DNA from: Eledone cirrhosa
Lineage: Eukaryota
Direction: 5' to 3'
Assembly: GCA_964016885.1 (NCBI GenBank)
Contig: OZ024743.1
Location: 127,410,001-127,474,000, forward strand
Length of the DNA stretch: 64,000 nt
In this document: positions 1 through 13,099 of the stretch, piece by piece
Numbering within the stretch: the first letter of the stretch is position 1
Layout: the number at the start of each line of letters is the position of its first letter
Program-made: the position numbers and the translations under genes
The notes under the pieces: generated by a model
What the model was told of the DNA's origin: nothing
The model's database searches: none
The model's input: only the letters and a program-made list of their open reading frames with translations

Positions 1-316
1 AAATGCTAATCCCCGAGGTTCAATACATTAATACATTATTTAATTTATTCACATGTTTCATTTAAATACAAAAGGAGGTAGCATTTAATTCCTTTGTAGA
101 TAAATCGTCAGAATCACTAGATAATATAAAAAACATATTTATTTACTGACCACATGTTTTTGTCTCCAGATATGAAGTTTGAAAAACGTAAACAAGTTTT
201 AGGGAAAGTGTTAAAAATTATTGAAGGCTGAATACGTAAAAAAAAGTTTTTAACTGTATAAATTATCTAGTGGTTAGTATGACTGGTATACTGAACACTC
301 ATTATTTTGACTTGAA

Positions 317-503
317 GGGCGGTGGATTGGCAGTATCGGTAGAGAGTCGGACACCATGTTTTGAAGCATAGAGTTACGTCCCTTTATGATCTGAGTTCAA
401 ATCCCGCCGAGGTTAACTTTGCCTTTCATCCTTACGGGGTCGATAAAATAAAGTACCAGTAATGTACTGGTTATTGCTGGCCTTGTGCCTAAAATAGAAA
501 CAA
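317..503 (+). mobile_element. tRNA-derived SINE, family A (central block resembles the Meta domain)
   Basis: A box (tggcagtatcggt) and B box (gagttcaaatccc). Central gcctttcatccttacggggtcgataaaataaagtacc and tail gaaacaattatt. Near-perfect flanking duplication attattttgacttgaa / attattttcacttgaa. More than ten copies in the window. Confidence 0.85.
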
Positions 504-1018
504 TTATTTTCACTTGAATATATTATAGGAGTGAAGTTAGGACTTATCAATCCAATACCATTTATTCCATAAAGTTACAATCAAATTTAATTTTAAGTAT
601 ATAGTATTTTAAGAAAAAAAACATTAAAATTATGGAAGCCTATATTAGCTATAATATATCAGCTTGTAAGATGATTTAATTTTTTTAGAATTATTTACCT
701 GGAGGTTACAACTATTTATATTAAATTGTGTACATGTGCACATACTCATCTAGGTACACACAGACATAAAAGCACACACATGTATGGGTACATGTGTGCT
801 CACATAGACACACATACACATGCCGTATTATATTACTATGGTAATGATATGTAAGAAAGATGTGTACTAGTTGACTAGTTCTATATGCGTGTATTGTTGC
901 ACACTCGCATTATCCACATACTTACACACTTAGATGTATAAATATATATATATAGACACCTATACACTGATGAAAGCACACGCAAATATATACATAACTG
1001 GCCAGAGATAAACATTTA

Positions 1019-1880
1019 TAAGGTGGTATAAAAATGTTTCTGGACTAGTTCTGTAGCGCACCAATCAATGGTAACACACAGTTCTGCACACAGTGAGAGC
1101 TAGCAGTGACCTTCATGCACCAGTGTGCTGAGTAACATCACTGTGTTCACTTTGCAAACTGTGAAATTTGGGTTTTGTGATCATGTGTATGCTGTAGCCT
1201 GCGATTTCTTTCATGAACAGGAAGTTAAAACAAAATGCCAACGTGAAATTTTGCATTCAACTTGGGAAGTCTGCTACAGAGATATTGAGCATGCTTTGGT
1301 AAGCTTATGGTGATGATACAATGGGTTGTATGCAATGTTTCAAGTGACATAGGCACTTCAAAAGGCACGACAGAGCCACAGCTCAATCATGAGCATGCTC
1401 ATCGTTTTTTTCGACATGCATTGAGAATTTGTTCCCCAGGGCCAGACCGTCAATCGAGAGTTCTACTGCAACGTATTGAAGCATTTGTGGAGCGCGAAGA
1501 ATTGGATTCTTCACAACGATAATGCACCCTGTCACCAAGCTCTCGTTATTCGAGTTTCTCTCCCAAAACAACATTATATCATTTCCGCACCTGCCCTATT
1601 CACCAGATTTAGCACCTGTCGACTTCCATCTCTTCTCCAAGCTGAAAATGCAGTTCAAAGGTCGTCATTTTAACACCGTTGTCAAGATCCAAAGCAAATT
1701 GCAGAAGGTCTCCTTAATGGAAAACAACTTCCAGGCCGGATTCCAAAAGTTGCAAGAATGCTGGGACTGGTATATTGTTGTGCAAGATGACTATTTCAAA
1801 GGAGATAATGTAAAAACTTAGTTAAATATATTAATTTTTTTTAAACATAACTAGTCCGGAAATATTTTGATACCACCTCG
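1019..1880 (+). mobile_element. Internally deleted mariner (Tc1/mariner) DNA transposon with decayed transposase
   Basis: TIRs taaggtggtataaaaatgtttctggactag / ctagtccggaaatattttgataccacctcg flanked by TA. ORF fragments carry WILHNDNAPCH and HLPYSPDLAPVDFHLF, the mariner catalytic-domain motifs. Confidence 0.9.
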
Positions 1881-1930
1881 TATATCATCATCATCATTGT
1901 TTAATGTCCATCTTCCATTATCTGCAATAT

Positions 1931-2125
1931 AGATGGTGAATTGGCAGTATCAGTAGAGGGTCGGACGCCATGCTTTGCAGCATAGAGTTATGGCCCTTTA
2001 CGATCTGAGTTCAAATCCTGCCGAAGTTAACTTTATCTTTCATCCTTACGGGGCTGATAATATAAAGCAACTGTAATGCAGTGGGATAATTGCTAGCCTT
2101 TCCCCAAAAGTAGAAACAATTATTA
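1931..2125 (+). mobile_element. SINE family A copy
   Basis: Colinear with 317-503, including A/B boxes and tail. Confidence 0.8.
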
Positions 2126-2437
2126 TCTACAGTGACCAGTATTATTATTCTCGTTATCCATGATTTCGGTCTGGTTTTGTGTGGCAGATTGTTGTTCTAG
2201 TTCATATAACTTCAGTTTTTTAGTATTACTTATAGCTAAATATTCTGCTAAATTAAGTGTGGGTTTGTTATAGCTGTAAGTCATCGTTTTATCTAATTAG
2301 TCTAGTCATCTTGTCAGTTTGAAGAGGTGTTGCATTGTCTTTCCTAGCATTAGTGTTTTTGTTGTGGTATCTATGGTTCTCTAGATTATCATTGGTGGGT
2401 ATTCTACTAATTTCTTTTTTATAGGTGCATATGTTGA

Positions 2438-2980
2438 ATTTAAAACAACTGACCAACACCATCTTCATCAACTGACCAACACTAGCTTCAACTACCCTCA
2501 ATAACTGGTGTTAAAATATTACCATTACTATTTGTGCAATACAAACAGTAGCGTTATTGAGGCACCATCTGTTTTATACAAGTACTGGTACAAATCAATA
2601 GACAAGGAATGAGGTTTAAGTATTGATTAATGGGAAAATTATGAAAAAATCTGAGTAGTAAACTTAAGAAATTTTAACATAAAAAAAAATATAAAGAAAT
2701 GGAGTGATTTATATGAATTTATTTCTACATTTCATTGTCATTTCTTTCCACATATTTTGTAAGGTACATTCAGTGTTCAAATCCTGCCTGGGTTAACATT
2801 GCCATTATCCTTCCAGGGTTGTTATAATCAACTGTTGTGCCACTCTTTAAAACAACTGACCAACACCATCTTCATCAACTGACCAACACTAGCTTCAACT
2901 ACCCTCAATAACTGGTGTTAAAATATTACCTGCTAGTCAATAATACCAGATGTCACTATTTGTGCAATACAAACAGTAAC
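2438..2980. repeat. Local direct duplication (~85 bp identical plus a short second block)
   Basis: tttaaaacaactgaccaacaccatc...aaaatattacc occurs at ~2438-2523 and ~2846-2930. Confidence 0.85.
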
Positions 2981-3007
2981 GTTATATATATATATATATG
3001 TATATAT

Positions 3008-3152
3008 GGAGGCACATGGCTTAGTGGTTAGAGCATTGGCCTTGCAATCGAAGGGTTGTGAGTTCAATTCTCAGACCGGGTGATGTGTTGTTTCCTTGAG
3101 CAAGACACTTTATTTCACATTGCTCCAGTTTACTCAGCTGTAGAAATGAGTA
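3008..3152 (+). mobile_element. tRNA-derived SINE, family B (CORE-like), 3'-truncated
   Basis: tggcttagtggttagagc A box and gagttcaattc B box, followed by the CORE-like block tccttgagcaagacacttta...ctcagctgtagaaatgag. Confidence 0.8.
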
Positions 3153-4264
3153 TAAAATATATTTATGAAGTTTTAATATTTTGATGGTTAAAATGTTTTA
3201 AGTGTCATTTATAGTATAGTTTTTGTTTCATGACTCCATTACAAAATACTTTTTTACCTATTTCACTCATTTTATAAAATTTCAACAAGTTTCTCAAATT
3301 TTTTATTACTTCTGGCTACTCATATATACTGGGAGTACTTTAAAAGAAAGAGATTGAATAAGAGCACTTTGTATAGGGATTCAGAGTAGAAGATGGAGGG
3401 AGAGACAGCAAGTAAGAGAGAGAAGTATTGTGAGAAACAGAGAGGTGAGAAGAGACAGAGAGGAAGAGCAATAAAACACAAGTCAGAAGTAAGATTTCAG
3501 TCTTACGTAAGATTGAAAGAAAAAGTATTAAGTCAGACAAAAATGTGTGTGTGTGTGCATGTATATGGGATATTTATGTATTCAGAGTTCAAATCATAAA
3601 ACTTTGTTGGAATATTTTCAAGGGAATACATAAATAACATTAATGACAATGTAGTAAATGTAGAAAAACAGTGTTCCGTTGTAAAAATTATCACTCCAGA
3701 TATTTGAAGTTGGAGAAAATTGGCAATGGGAAGTCTTATACTCTCAGTCACTTAATACCAATGAAAATCTGACTTGGGACATACTCATATCTACACATGC
3801 ATACACATGCACAAACACACTGACACACACATATACGTACAGCTTTATGTACATGTGCCTTAGTAAAGTATAAACCTCCAGCTATTGATATTGTAAACAT
3901 TATTGAACATTATATATAGTCAATAGATAAAACACATCAGAAACAGATGCCATAGTAACCAGTTGCTATGGTAACCAGATGTCACAATAGCAAAATGCTC
4001 AGGTAACCAGATACCATGGTAACCAGTTGCCATTATAACCAGATGTGATAGTAACCAGATGCAATAGTAACTGACATAGTTGATAGTCTGTAGCAAGTTA
4101 ATTGTTTGATTTTCAGAAAACTGTTTACCACATCATAGAAATGTAAATGAAAGGGCAGACATGATTGTGTTGTTTAATGCAGAGCAAAAATGCATGTATT
4201 AGATATCAGCCAGTAATACATATTAAAAAAATTTGTTGTTGTTTTCTTAGACATGTAATACATG

Positions 4265-4313
<49 letters not shown>

Positions 4314-4319
4314 TATATA

Positions 4320-4934
4320 TAATAGAGATAAACACAGATATATACATATGTGTTCAAATCATAAGGGACCAGATTCGCTAGGGTGAATAAGATACTAACT
4401 ATGAACAATTCGGTATGCCAGACTCAATTAAAAGAATAAATTAAGAAAAAGTACAAACTGAATCGTGATAAGTATCAAACATCTAGACATTTTTGGTAAA
4501 ACTGTTTTGCATCAAGTGAAGGGAATTACCAATTCTATTGCTCTTCAGTGGATGTAGGAATTAGTAAACCTTTCACATCTAGGTTTCTTAGAAGACTAAA
4601 TGAAGCACGTGTTTAGAATAACGCACATGCCATTCAGTGTCTAGCGTGCCTTGTAAAATGTATGCTACTAAAAATAGCAGCCAGATTCACTCGACATTTA
4701 ATAAGCTCTACAAAATTCAAGGAGCTGTATTTATCAAAAGTATATATTGAGTTAGAAACTCAGAATAGTCCCTTACAATTAAAATAGCTCAAGAAAAAAA
4801 TGATTTTAATACATATATGTATATATCTCTCTATTATATTAAATTATATTATATGGCTCGGAAAATTTTTTCCTTGAGCTATTTTAATTGTAAGGGACTA
4901 TTCTGAGTTTCTAACTCAATATATACTTTTGATA
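4320..4934 (-). mobile_element. (TA)n-flanked non-coding element with a degenerate hammerhead and terminal inversion (retrozyme or Penelope pLTR-like)
   Basis: 62-bp inverted repeat 4732-4793 / 4873-4934. Related segments at 32950-33125 in permuted order. HHR-like fold at 4479-4555. Confidence 0.6.
4479..4555 (-). ncRNA. Degenerate type I hammerhead ribozyme
   Basis: Minus strand reads acaucca-CUGAAGA-gca...ugc-AAAAC-aguuuuaccaaaaau-GUC-uagaugu. G12 is mutated to A and stem I has one mismatch. Confidence 0.55.
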
Positions 4935-4944
4935 TATATATATC

Positions 4945-5315
4945 ACCACCATCATCATCATCACCGTTTTACGTCCATTCTTCCACGCTAGCATGGGTTA
5001 GACGGGGAACTGATTCTGGCTTGATTTCTACAGCTGGATACCCTTCCTAACACCAACCTCATTTACAGTGAGTGCTGGGTGCTTTTTTTCCGTGGCGCCT
5101 ACACGTCCACTTTACATTGAGTGCTGGGTGCTTTTTGCCGTGGCACCTCCACGACCACTTTGCAGTGGAAGGATAGGGACCCCAGTCCTATCATCTCATT
5201 TCTACAGCTGAGTAAACTGGAGCAATGTGAAATAAAGTGTCTTGCTCAAGGAAACAACAGAACACCCCATCCGAAAATTGAACTCACAACCTTTTGATTG
5301 CAAGCCCAATGCTCT
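4945..5315 (-). mobile_element. SINE family B copy with RTE-type tail
   Basis: Reverse complement of the tRNA head, the CORE-like block, internal aaaagcacccagcactcactgtaaa repeats and the acccatgctagcgtggaa...ggacgtaaaacggtgatgatg tail. Confidence 0.8.
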
Positions 5316-5719
5316 ATATATATAAAGATAATCCTCCAGGGAACAGTGCAGGGGGGGGGGGCAGAAAGAGGAAGCAGTAGACAGACAATATAGCTGAGTG
5401 GACAGGAGAGAACTTTGCCACAACCCAAGCACTCGCTCATGACTGCCAGAAATGGGGGCAGTTGGTGCAGCATTCAACACTACAGTGTTCCAATGACCCT
5501 GAAAAGGTTAAAGGGACCATGATGATGATGATGATGTGTGTGTGTGTGTTTGTGACCATATTTTTTTTATGTTCTATAATTTGGCCATTCAGCAACTAAA
5601 GGTAATTGAAATAAATACTGAGGTTGATATGATCAACTAAATCTCTTTGAGGCAGTACCCCAGCATGGCTGCAATCAAATAGCTGAAGCTAGTAAAAGAA
5701 TAAGAGAATACCTAAATCA

Positions 5720-8700
5720 CCCACACACCACAACAGCCACCACCACACCACAACAGCCACCACCACAGCACTACAGTTACCACAACAGCCACCACAACAG
5801 CACTACAGTTACCACAACAGCACTACAGTTACCACAACAGCACTACAGTTACCACAACAGCACTACAGTTACCACAACAGCCACCACCACAGCACTACAG
5901 TTACCACAACAGCCACCACCACACCACAACAGCCACCACCAGACCACTACTGTCACCACCACCACACCACTACTGTCACCACCACCACACCACTACTGTC
6001 ACCACCACACCACAACAGCCACCACCACACCACTACTGTCAGCACCACCACACCACTACTGTCACCACCACACCACTACTGTCACCACCACCACACCACT
6101 ACTGTCACCACCACCACACCACTACTGTCACCACCACACCACTACTGTCACCACCACCACACCACTACTGTCACCACCACCACACCACTACTGTCACCAC
6201 CACACCACTACTGTCACCACCACCACACCACTACTGTCACCACCACCACACCACTACTGTCACCACCACACCACTACTGTCACCACCACCACACCACTAC
6301 TGTCACCACCACACCACTACTGTCACCACCACCACACCACTACTGTCACCACCACCACACCACTACTGTCACCACCACCACACCACTACTGTCACCACCA
6401 CCACACCACTACTGTCACCACCACACCACTACTGTCACCACCACCACACCACTACTGTCACCACCACCACACCACTACTGTCACCACCACCACACCACTA
6501 CTGTCACCACCACCACACCACTACTGTCACCACCACACCACTACTGTCACCACCACACCACTACTGTCACCACCACCACACCACTACTGTCACCACCACA
6601 CCACTACTGTCACCACCACACCACTACTGTCACCACCACACCACTACTGTCACCACCACCACACCACTACTGTCACCACCACACCACTACTGTCACCACC
6701 ACACCACTACTGTCACCACCACACCACTACTGTCACCACCACACCACTACTGTCACCACCACCACACCACTACTGTTACCACCACCACACCACTACTGTC
6801 ACCACCACACCACTACTGTCACCACCACCACACCACTACTGTCACCACCACACCACTACTGTCACCACCACCACACCACTACTGTCACCACCACACCACT
6901 ACTGTCACCACCACCACACCACTACTGTCACCACCACACCACTACTGTCACCACCACCACACCACTACTGTCACCACCACCACACCACTACTGTCACCAC
7001 CACCACACCACTACTGTCACCACCACACCACTACTGTCACCACCACCACACCACTAATGTCACCACCACACCACTACTGTCACCACCACACCACTACTGT
7101 CACCACCACCACACCACTACTGTCACCACCACACCACTACTGTCACCACCACCACACCACTACTGTCACCACCACACCACTACTGTCACCACCACCACAC
7201 CACTACTGTCACCACCACCACACCACTACTGTCACCACCACACCACTACTGTCACCACCACCACACCACTACTGTCACCACCACACCACTACTGTCACCA
7301 CCACCACACCACTACTGTCACCACCACCACACCACTACTGTCACCACCACCACACCACTACTGTCACCACCACACCACTACTGTCACCACCACACCACTA
7401 CTGTCACCACCACACCACTACTGTCACCACCACCACACCACTACTGTCACCACCACACCACTACTGTCACCACCACACCACTACTGTCACCACCACCACC
7501 ACACCACTACTGTCACCACCACACCACTACTGTCACCACCACACCACTACTGTCACCACCACACCACTACTGTCACCACCACACCACTACTGTCACCACC
7601 ACCACACAACTACTGTCACAACCACACCACTACTGTCACCACCACACCACTACTGTCACCACCACACCACTACTGTCACCACCACCACACCACTACTGTC
7701 ACCACCACCACACCACTACTGTCACCACCACCGCACCACTACTGTCACCACCCCACCACTACTGTCACCACCACCACACCACTACTGTCACCACCACACC
7801 ACTACTGTCACCACCACCACACCACTACTGTCACCACCACCACACCACTACTGTCACCACCACCACACCACTACTGTCACCACCACACCACTACTGTCAC
7901 CACCACACCACTACTGTCACCACCACCACACCACTACTGTCACCACCACCACACCACTACTGTCACCACCACCGCACCACTACTGTCACCACCCCACCAC
8001 TACTGTCACCACCACCACACCACTACTGTCACCACCACCACACCACTACTGTCACCACCACCACACCACTACTGTCACCACCACCACACCACTACTGTCA
8101 CCACCACACCACTACTGTCACGACCACACTACTACTGTCACCACCACACCACTACTGTCACCACCACCACACCACTACTGTCACCACCACCACACCACTA
8201 CTGTCACCACCACCACACCACTACTGTCACCACCACACCACTACTGTCACCACCACACCACTACTGTCACCACCACACCACTACTGTCACCACCACCACA
8301 CCACTACTGTCACCACCACCGCACCACTACTGTCACCACCACACCACTACTGTCACCACCACACCACTACTGTCACCACCACCACACCACTACTGTCACC
8401 ACCACCGCACCACTACTGTCACCACCCCACCACTACTGTCACCACCACCACACCACTACTGTCACCACCACCACACCACTACTGTCACCACCACCACACC
8501 ACTACTGTCACCACCACCACACCACTACTGTCACCACCACACCACTACTGTCACCACCACACCACTACTGTCACCAACACACCACTACTGTCACCACCAC
8601 CACACCACTACTGTCACCACCACACCACTACTGTCACCACCACCACACCACTACTGTCACCACCACCACACCACTACTGTCACCACCACCACACCACTAC

Positions 8701-11700
8701 TGTCACCACCACCACACCACTACTGTCACCACCACCACACCACTACTGTCACCACCACACCACTACTGTCACCACCACACCACTACTGTCACCACCACAC
8801 CACTACTGTCACCACCACCACACCACTACTGTCACCACCACACCACTACTGTCACCACCACCACACCACTACTGTCACCACCACCACACCACTACTGTCA
8901 CCACCACCACACCACTACTGTCACCACCACACCACTACTGTCACCACCACCACACCACTACTGTCACCACCACCACACCACTACTGTCACCACCACCACA
9001 CCACTACTGTCACCACCACACCACTACTGTCACCACCACCACACCACTACTGTCACCACCACCACACCACTACTGTCACCACCACCACACCACTACTGTC
9101 ACCACCACCACACCACTACTGTCACCACCACCACACCACTACTGTCACCACCACCACACCACTACTGTCACCACCACACCACTACTGTCACCACCACCAC
9201 ACCACTACTGTCACCACCACCACACCACTACTGTCACCACCACACCACTACTGTCACCACCACACCACTACTGTCACCACCACACCACTACTGTCACCAC
9301 CACCACACCACTACTGTCACCACCACACCACTACTGTCACCACCACCACACCACTACTGTCACCACCACACACACTACTGTCACCACCACACCACTACTG
9401 TCACCACCACCACACCACTACTGTCACCACCACACCACTACTGTCACCACCACCACACCACTACTGTCACCACCACACCACTACTGTCACCTCCACCACA
9501 CCACTACTGTCACCACCACACCACTACTGTCACCACCACCACACCACTACTGTCTCCACCACCACACCACTACTGTCACCACCACCACACCACTACTGTC
9601 ACCACCACCACACCACTACTGTCACCACCACACCACTACTGTCACCACCACCACACCACTACTGTCACCACCACCACACCACTACTGTCACCACCACACC
9701 ACTACTGTCACCACCACACCACTACTGTCACCACCACACCACTACTGTCACCACCACCACACCACTACTGTCACCACCACCACACCACTACTGTCACCAC
9801 CACACCACTACTGTCACCACCACACCACTACTGTCACCACCACACCACTACTGTCACCACCACCACACCACTACTGTCACCACCACACCACTACTGTCAC
9901 CACCACCACACCACTACTGTCACCACCACCACACCACTACTGTCACCACCACCACACCACTACTGTCACCACCACCACACCACTACTGTCACCACCACCA
10001 CACCACTACTGTCACCACCACCACACCACTACTGTCACCACCACACCACTACTGTCACCACCACACCACTACTGTCACCACCACCACACCACTACTGTCA
10101 CCACCACACCACTACTGTCACCTCCACCACACCACTACTGTCACCACCACCACACCACTACTGTCACCACCACCACACCACTACTGTCACCACCACCACA
10201 CCACTACTGTCACCACCACACCACTACTGTCACCACCACCACACCACTACTGTCACCACCACCACACCACTACTGTCACCACCACACCACTACTGTCACC
10301 ACCACCCCACTACTGTCACCACCACCACACCACTACTGTCACCACCACCACACCACTACTGTCACCACCACCACACCACTACTGTCACCACCCCACCACT
10401 ACTGTCACCACCACCACACCACTACTGTCACCACCACCACACCACTACTGTCACCACCACACCACTACTGTCACCACCACCCCACTACTGTCACCACCAC
10501 CACACCACTACTGTCACCACCACCACACCACTACTGTCACCACCACACCACTACTGTCACCACCACCACACCACTACTGTCACCACCACACCACTACTGT
10601 CACCTCCACCACACCACTACTGTCACCACCACCACACCACTACTGTCACCACCACCACACCACTACTGTCACCACCACCACACCACTACTGTCACCACCA
10701 CCACACCACTACTGTCACCACCACACCACTACTGTCACCACCACCCCACTACTGTCACCACCACAACACCACTACTGTCACCACCACCCCACCACTACTG
10801 TCACCACCACCACACCACTACTGTCACCACCACCCCACCACTACTGTCACCACCACACCACTACTGTCACCACCACCACACCACTACTGTCACCACCACA
10901 CCACTACTGTCACCACCACCACACCACTACTGTCACCACCCCACCACTACTGTCACCACCACCACACCACTACTGTCACCACCACCACACCACTACTGTC
11001 ACCACCACCACACCACTACTGTCACCACCACCACACCACTACTGTCACCACCACCCCACCACTACTGTCACCACCACACCACTACTGTCACCACCACACC
11101 ACTACTGTCACCACCACCACACCACTACTGTCACCACCACCACACCACTACTGTCACCACCACCACACCACTGCTGTCACCACCACCACACCACTACTGT
11201 CACCACCACACCACTACTGTCACCACCACCACACCACTACTGTCACCACCACCACACCACTACTGTCACCACCACCACACCACTACTGTCACCACCACAC
11301 CACTACTGTCACCACCACCACACCACTACTGTCACCACCACACCACTACTGTCACCACCACCCCACCACTACTGTCACCACCACACCACTACTGTCACCA
11401 CCACCACACCACTACTGTCACCACCACCCCACCACTACTGTCACCACTACACCTCTACTGTCACCACCACCACACCACTACTGTCACCTCCACACCACTA
11501 CTGTCACCACCACACCACTACTGTCACCACCACCACACCACTACTGTCACCACCACCACACCACTACTGTCACCACCACACCACTACTGTCACCACCACA
11601 CCACTACTGTCACCACCACACCACTACTGTCACCACCACCACACCACTACTGTCACCACCACCACACCACTACTGTCACCACCACACCACTACTGTCACC

Positions 11701-12140
11701 ACCACACCACTACTGTCACCACCACACCACTACTGTCACCACCACCACACCACTACTGTCACCACCACACCACTACTGTCACCACCACACCACTACTGTC
11801 ACCACCACACCACTACTGTCACCTCCACACCACTACTGTCACCACCACACCACTACTGTCACCACCACCACACCACTACTGTCACCACCACACCACTACT
11901 GTCACCACCACACCACTACTGTCACCACCACCACACCACTACTGTCACCACCACACCACTACTGTCACCACCACACCACTACTGCCACCACCACACCACT
12001 ACTGTCACCACCACCACACCACTACTGTCACCTCCACCACACCACTACTGTCACCACCACCACTGTCACCTCCACCACACCACTACTGTCACCACCACAC
12101 CACTACTGTCACCACCACACCACTACTGCCACCACCACTT
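5720..12140. repeat. 6.4-kb minisatellite of interspersed 20-bp (ACCACTACTGTCACCACCAC) and 23-bp (+CAC) units
   Basis: Read directly. A diverged 20-mer (CACAACAGCACTACAGTTAC) at 5760-5930 grades into the main array. Confidence 0.97.
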
Positions 12141-12394
12141 TACAGCCTTGAGTGGGCGCTTTTATTCATGCCACCAACACTAGAGAGGTTGTCTTACTGG
12201 AGATCTAGGTCAATTCTCTCTCAGATTAGTTGCGCTATTACTGTGTTATGTTATTCAGTCCTTTCACTGAATGTGCAATGTAGCATAAATTCTTATTTCT
12301 ATTCAAACAGGTTGTAACATGCCAGCTTAACCATGTGAATTATGTATTCATGAGAGATTATTATATCTGGTAAAGACTTTAACTTGAAAATACA

Positions 12395-12968
12395 TTAAAA
12401 GTCGACATCCGTATAACAAAGTGCCGGGCAATAAAGATAGACGGTAGTCACGGAATAGGCAGACCTAGAAAAACCTGGGACGAGCTGATAAACTCCGACC
12501 TCACACACTTACACCTCTCCAAGACAATGTCACTGGACCGAGACCTTTGGCGGTACTCAGTAATAGAGAAGACCCGCCTTACCTAAATACATAGTAAAAC
12601 CTACTACAGTCAGTAGGCATCTCTAACAAAATACACCCCCGTCCCACCACCCGCACCCCATCCACACCGCCCTCTTCTATGTAAAGTGATGTTGGTGCCA
12701 CACCATCCAGGCCGAAACAAATGAGATCGTGTAGGTGTCACGACATAAAAACACACAGTTCACGCTGTAATGTGGCCGTGTAGGCAACACGGTAAAAACC
12801 TCCCAGACCCACACTGTAAATGTGGTTGGTGTTAGGAAGGGCATCCAACTGTAGAAAACCTGCCAGACAGTCCTATGCGAGCAAGACAATCACTCTTGCC
12901 TCAAGTGGGAAAACCCCTTCCAAACCCATGCAAGCGTGGAACACGGACGTTAAACTTTGATGATGATG
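12395..12968 (+). mobile_element. 5'-truncated RTE LINE (ORF end plus 3' UTR), same family as 41105-44530
   Basis: Highly similar to the reverse complement of 41105-41700. GRPRKTW-type ORF end and (TGA)n tail. Confidence 0.85.
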
Positions 12969-13099
12969 AATAGGTTACTGTGTCCAGTAAGACAACCTCT
13001 CTAGTGTTGGTGGCATGAATAAAAGCGCCCACTCAAGTCTGTAAAGTGGTGCTGGTGTTAGGAAAGGCATCCAACCAGTATATATACTACTGCCAAAAA

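Noticed and set aside
3008-3085. tRNA gene (also at the other SINE heads)
   Set aside because: The A/B boxes continue into SINE body sequence and no complete cloverleaf with acceptor stem is evident.
5940-12140. CRISPR-like array
   Set aside because: There are no unique spacers (only CAC copy-number variation), the context is eukaryotic, and no cas genes are present.
7057-12183. 1708-aa His/Thr/Pro-rich ORF
   Set aside because: It is a by-product of a stop-free minisatellite. The ATG is a single variant unit in mid-array, and I see no splice or domain evidence.
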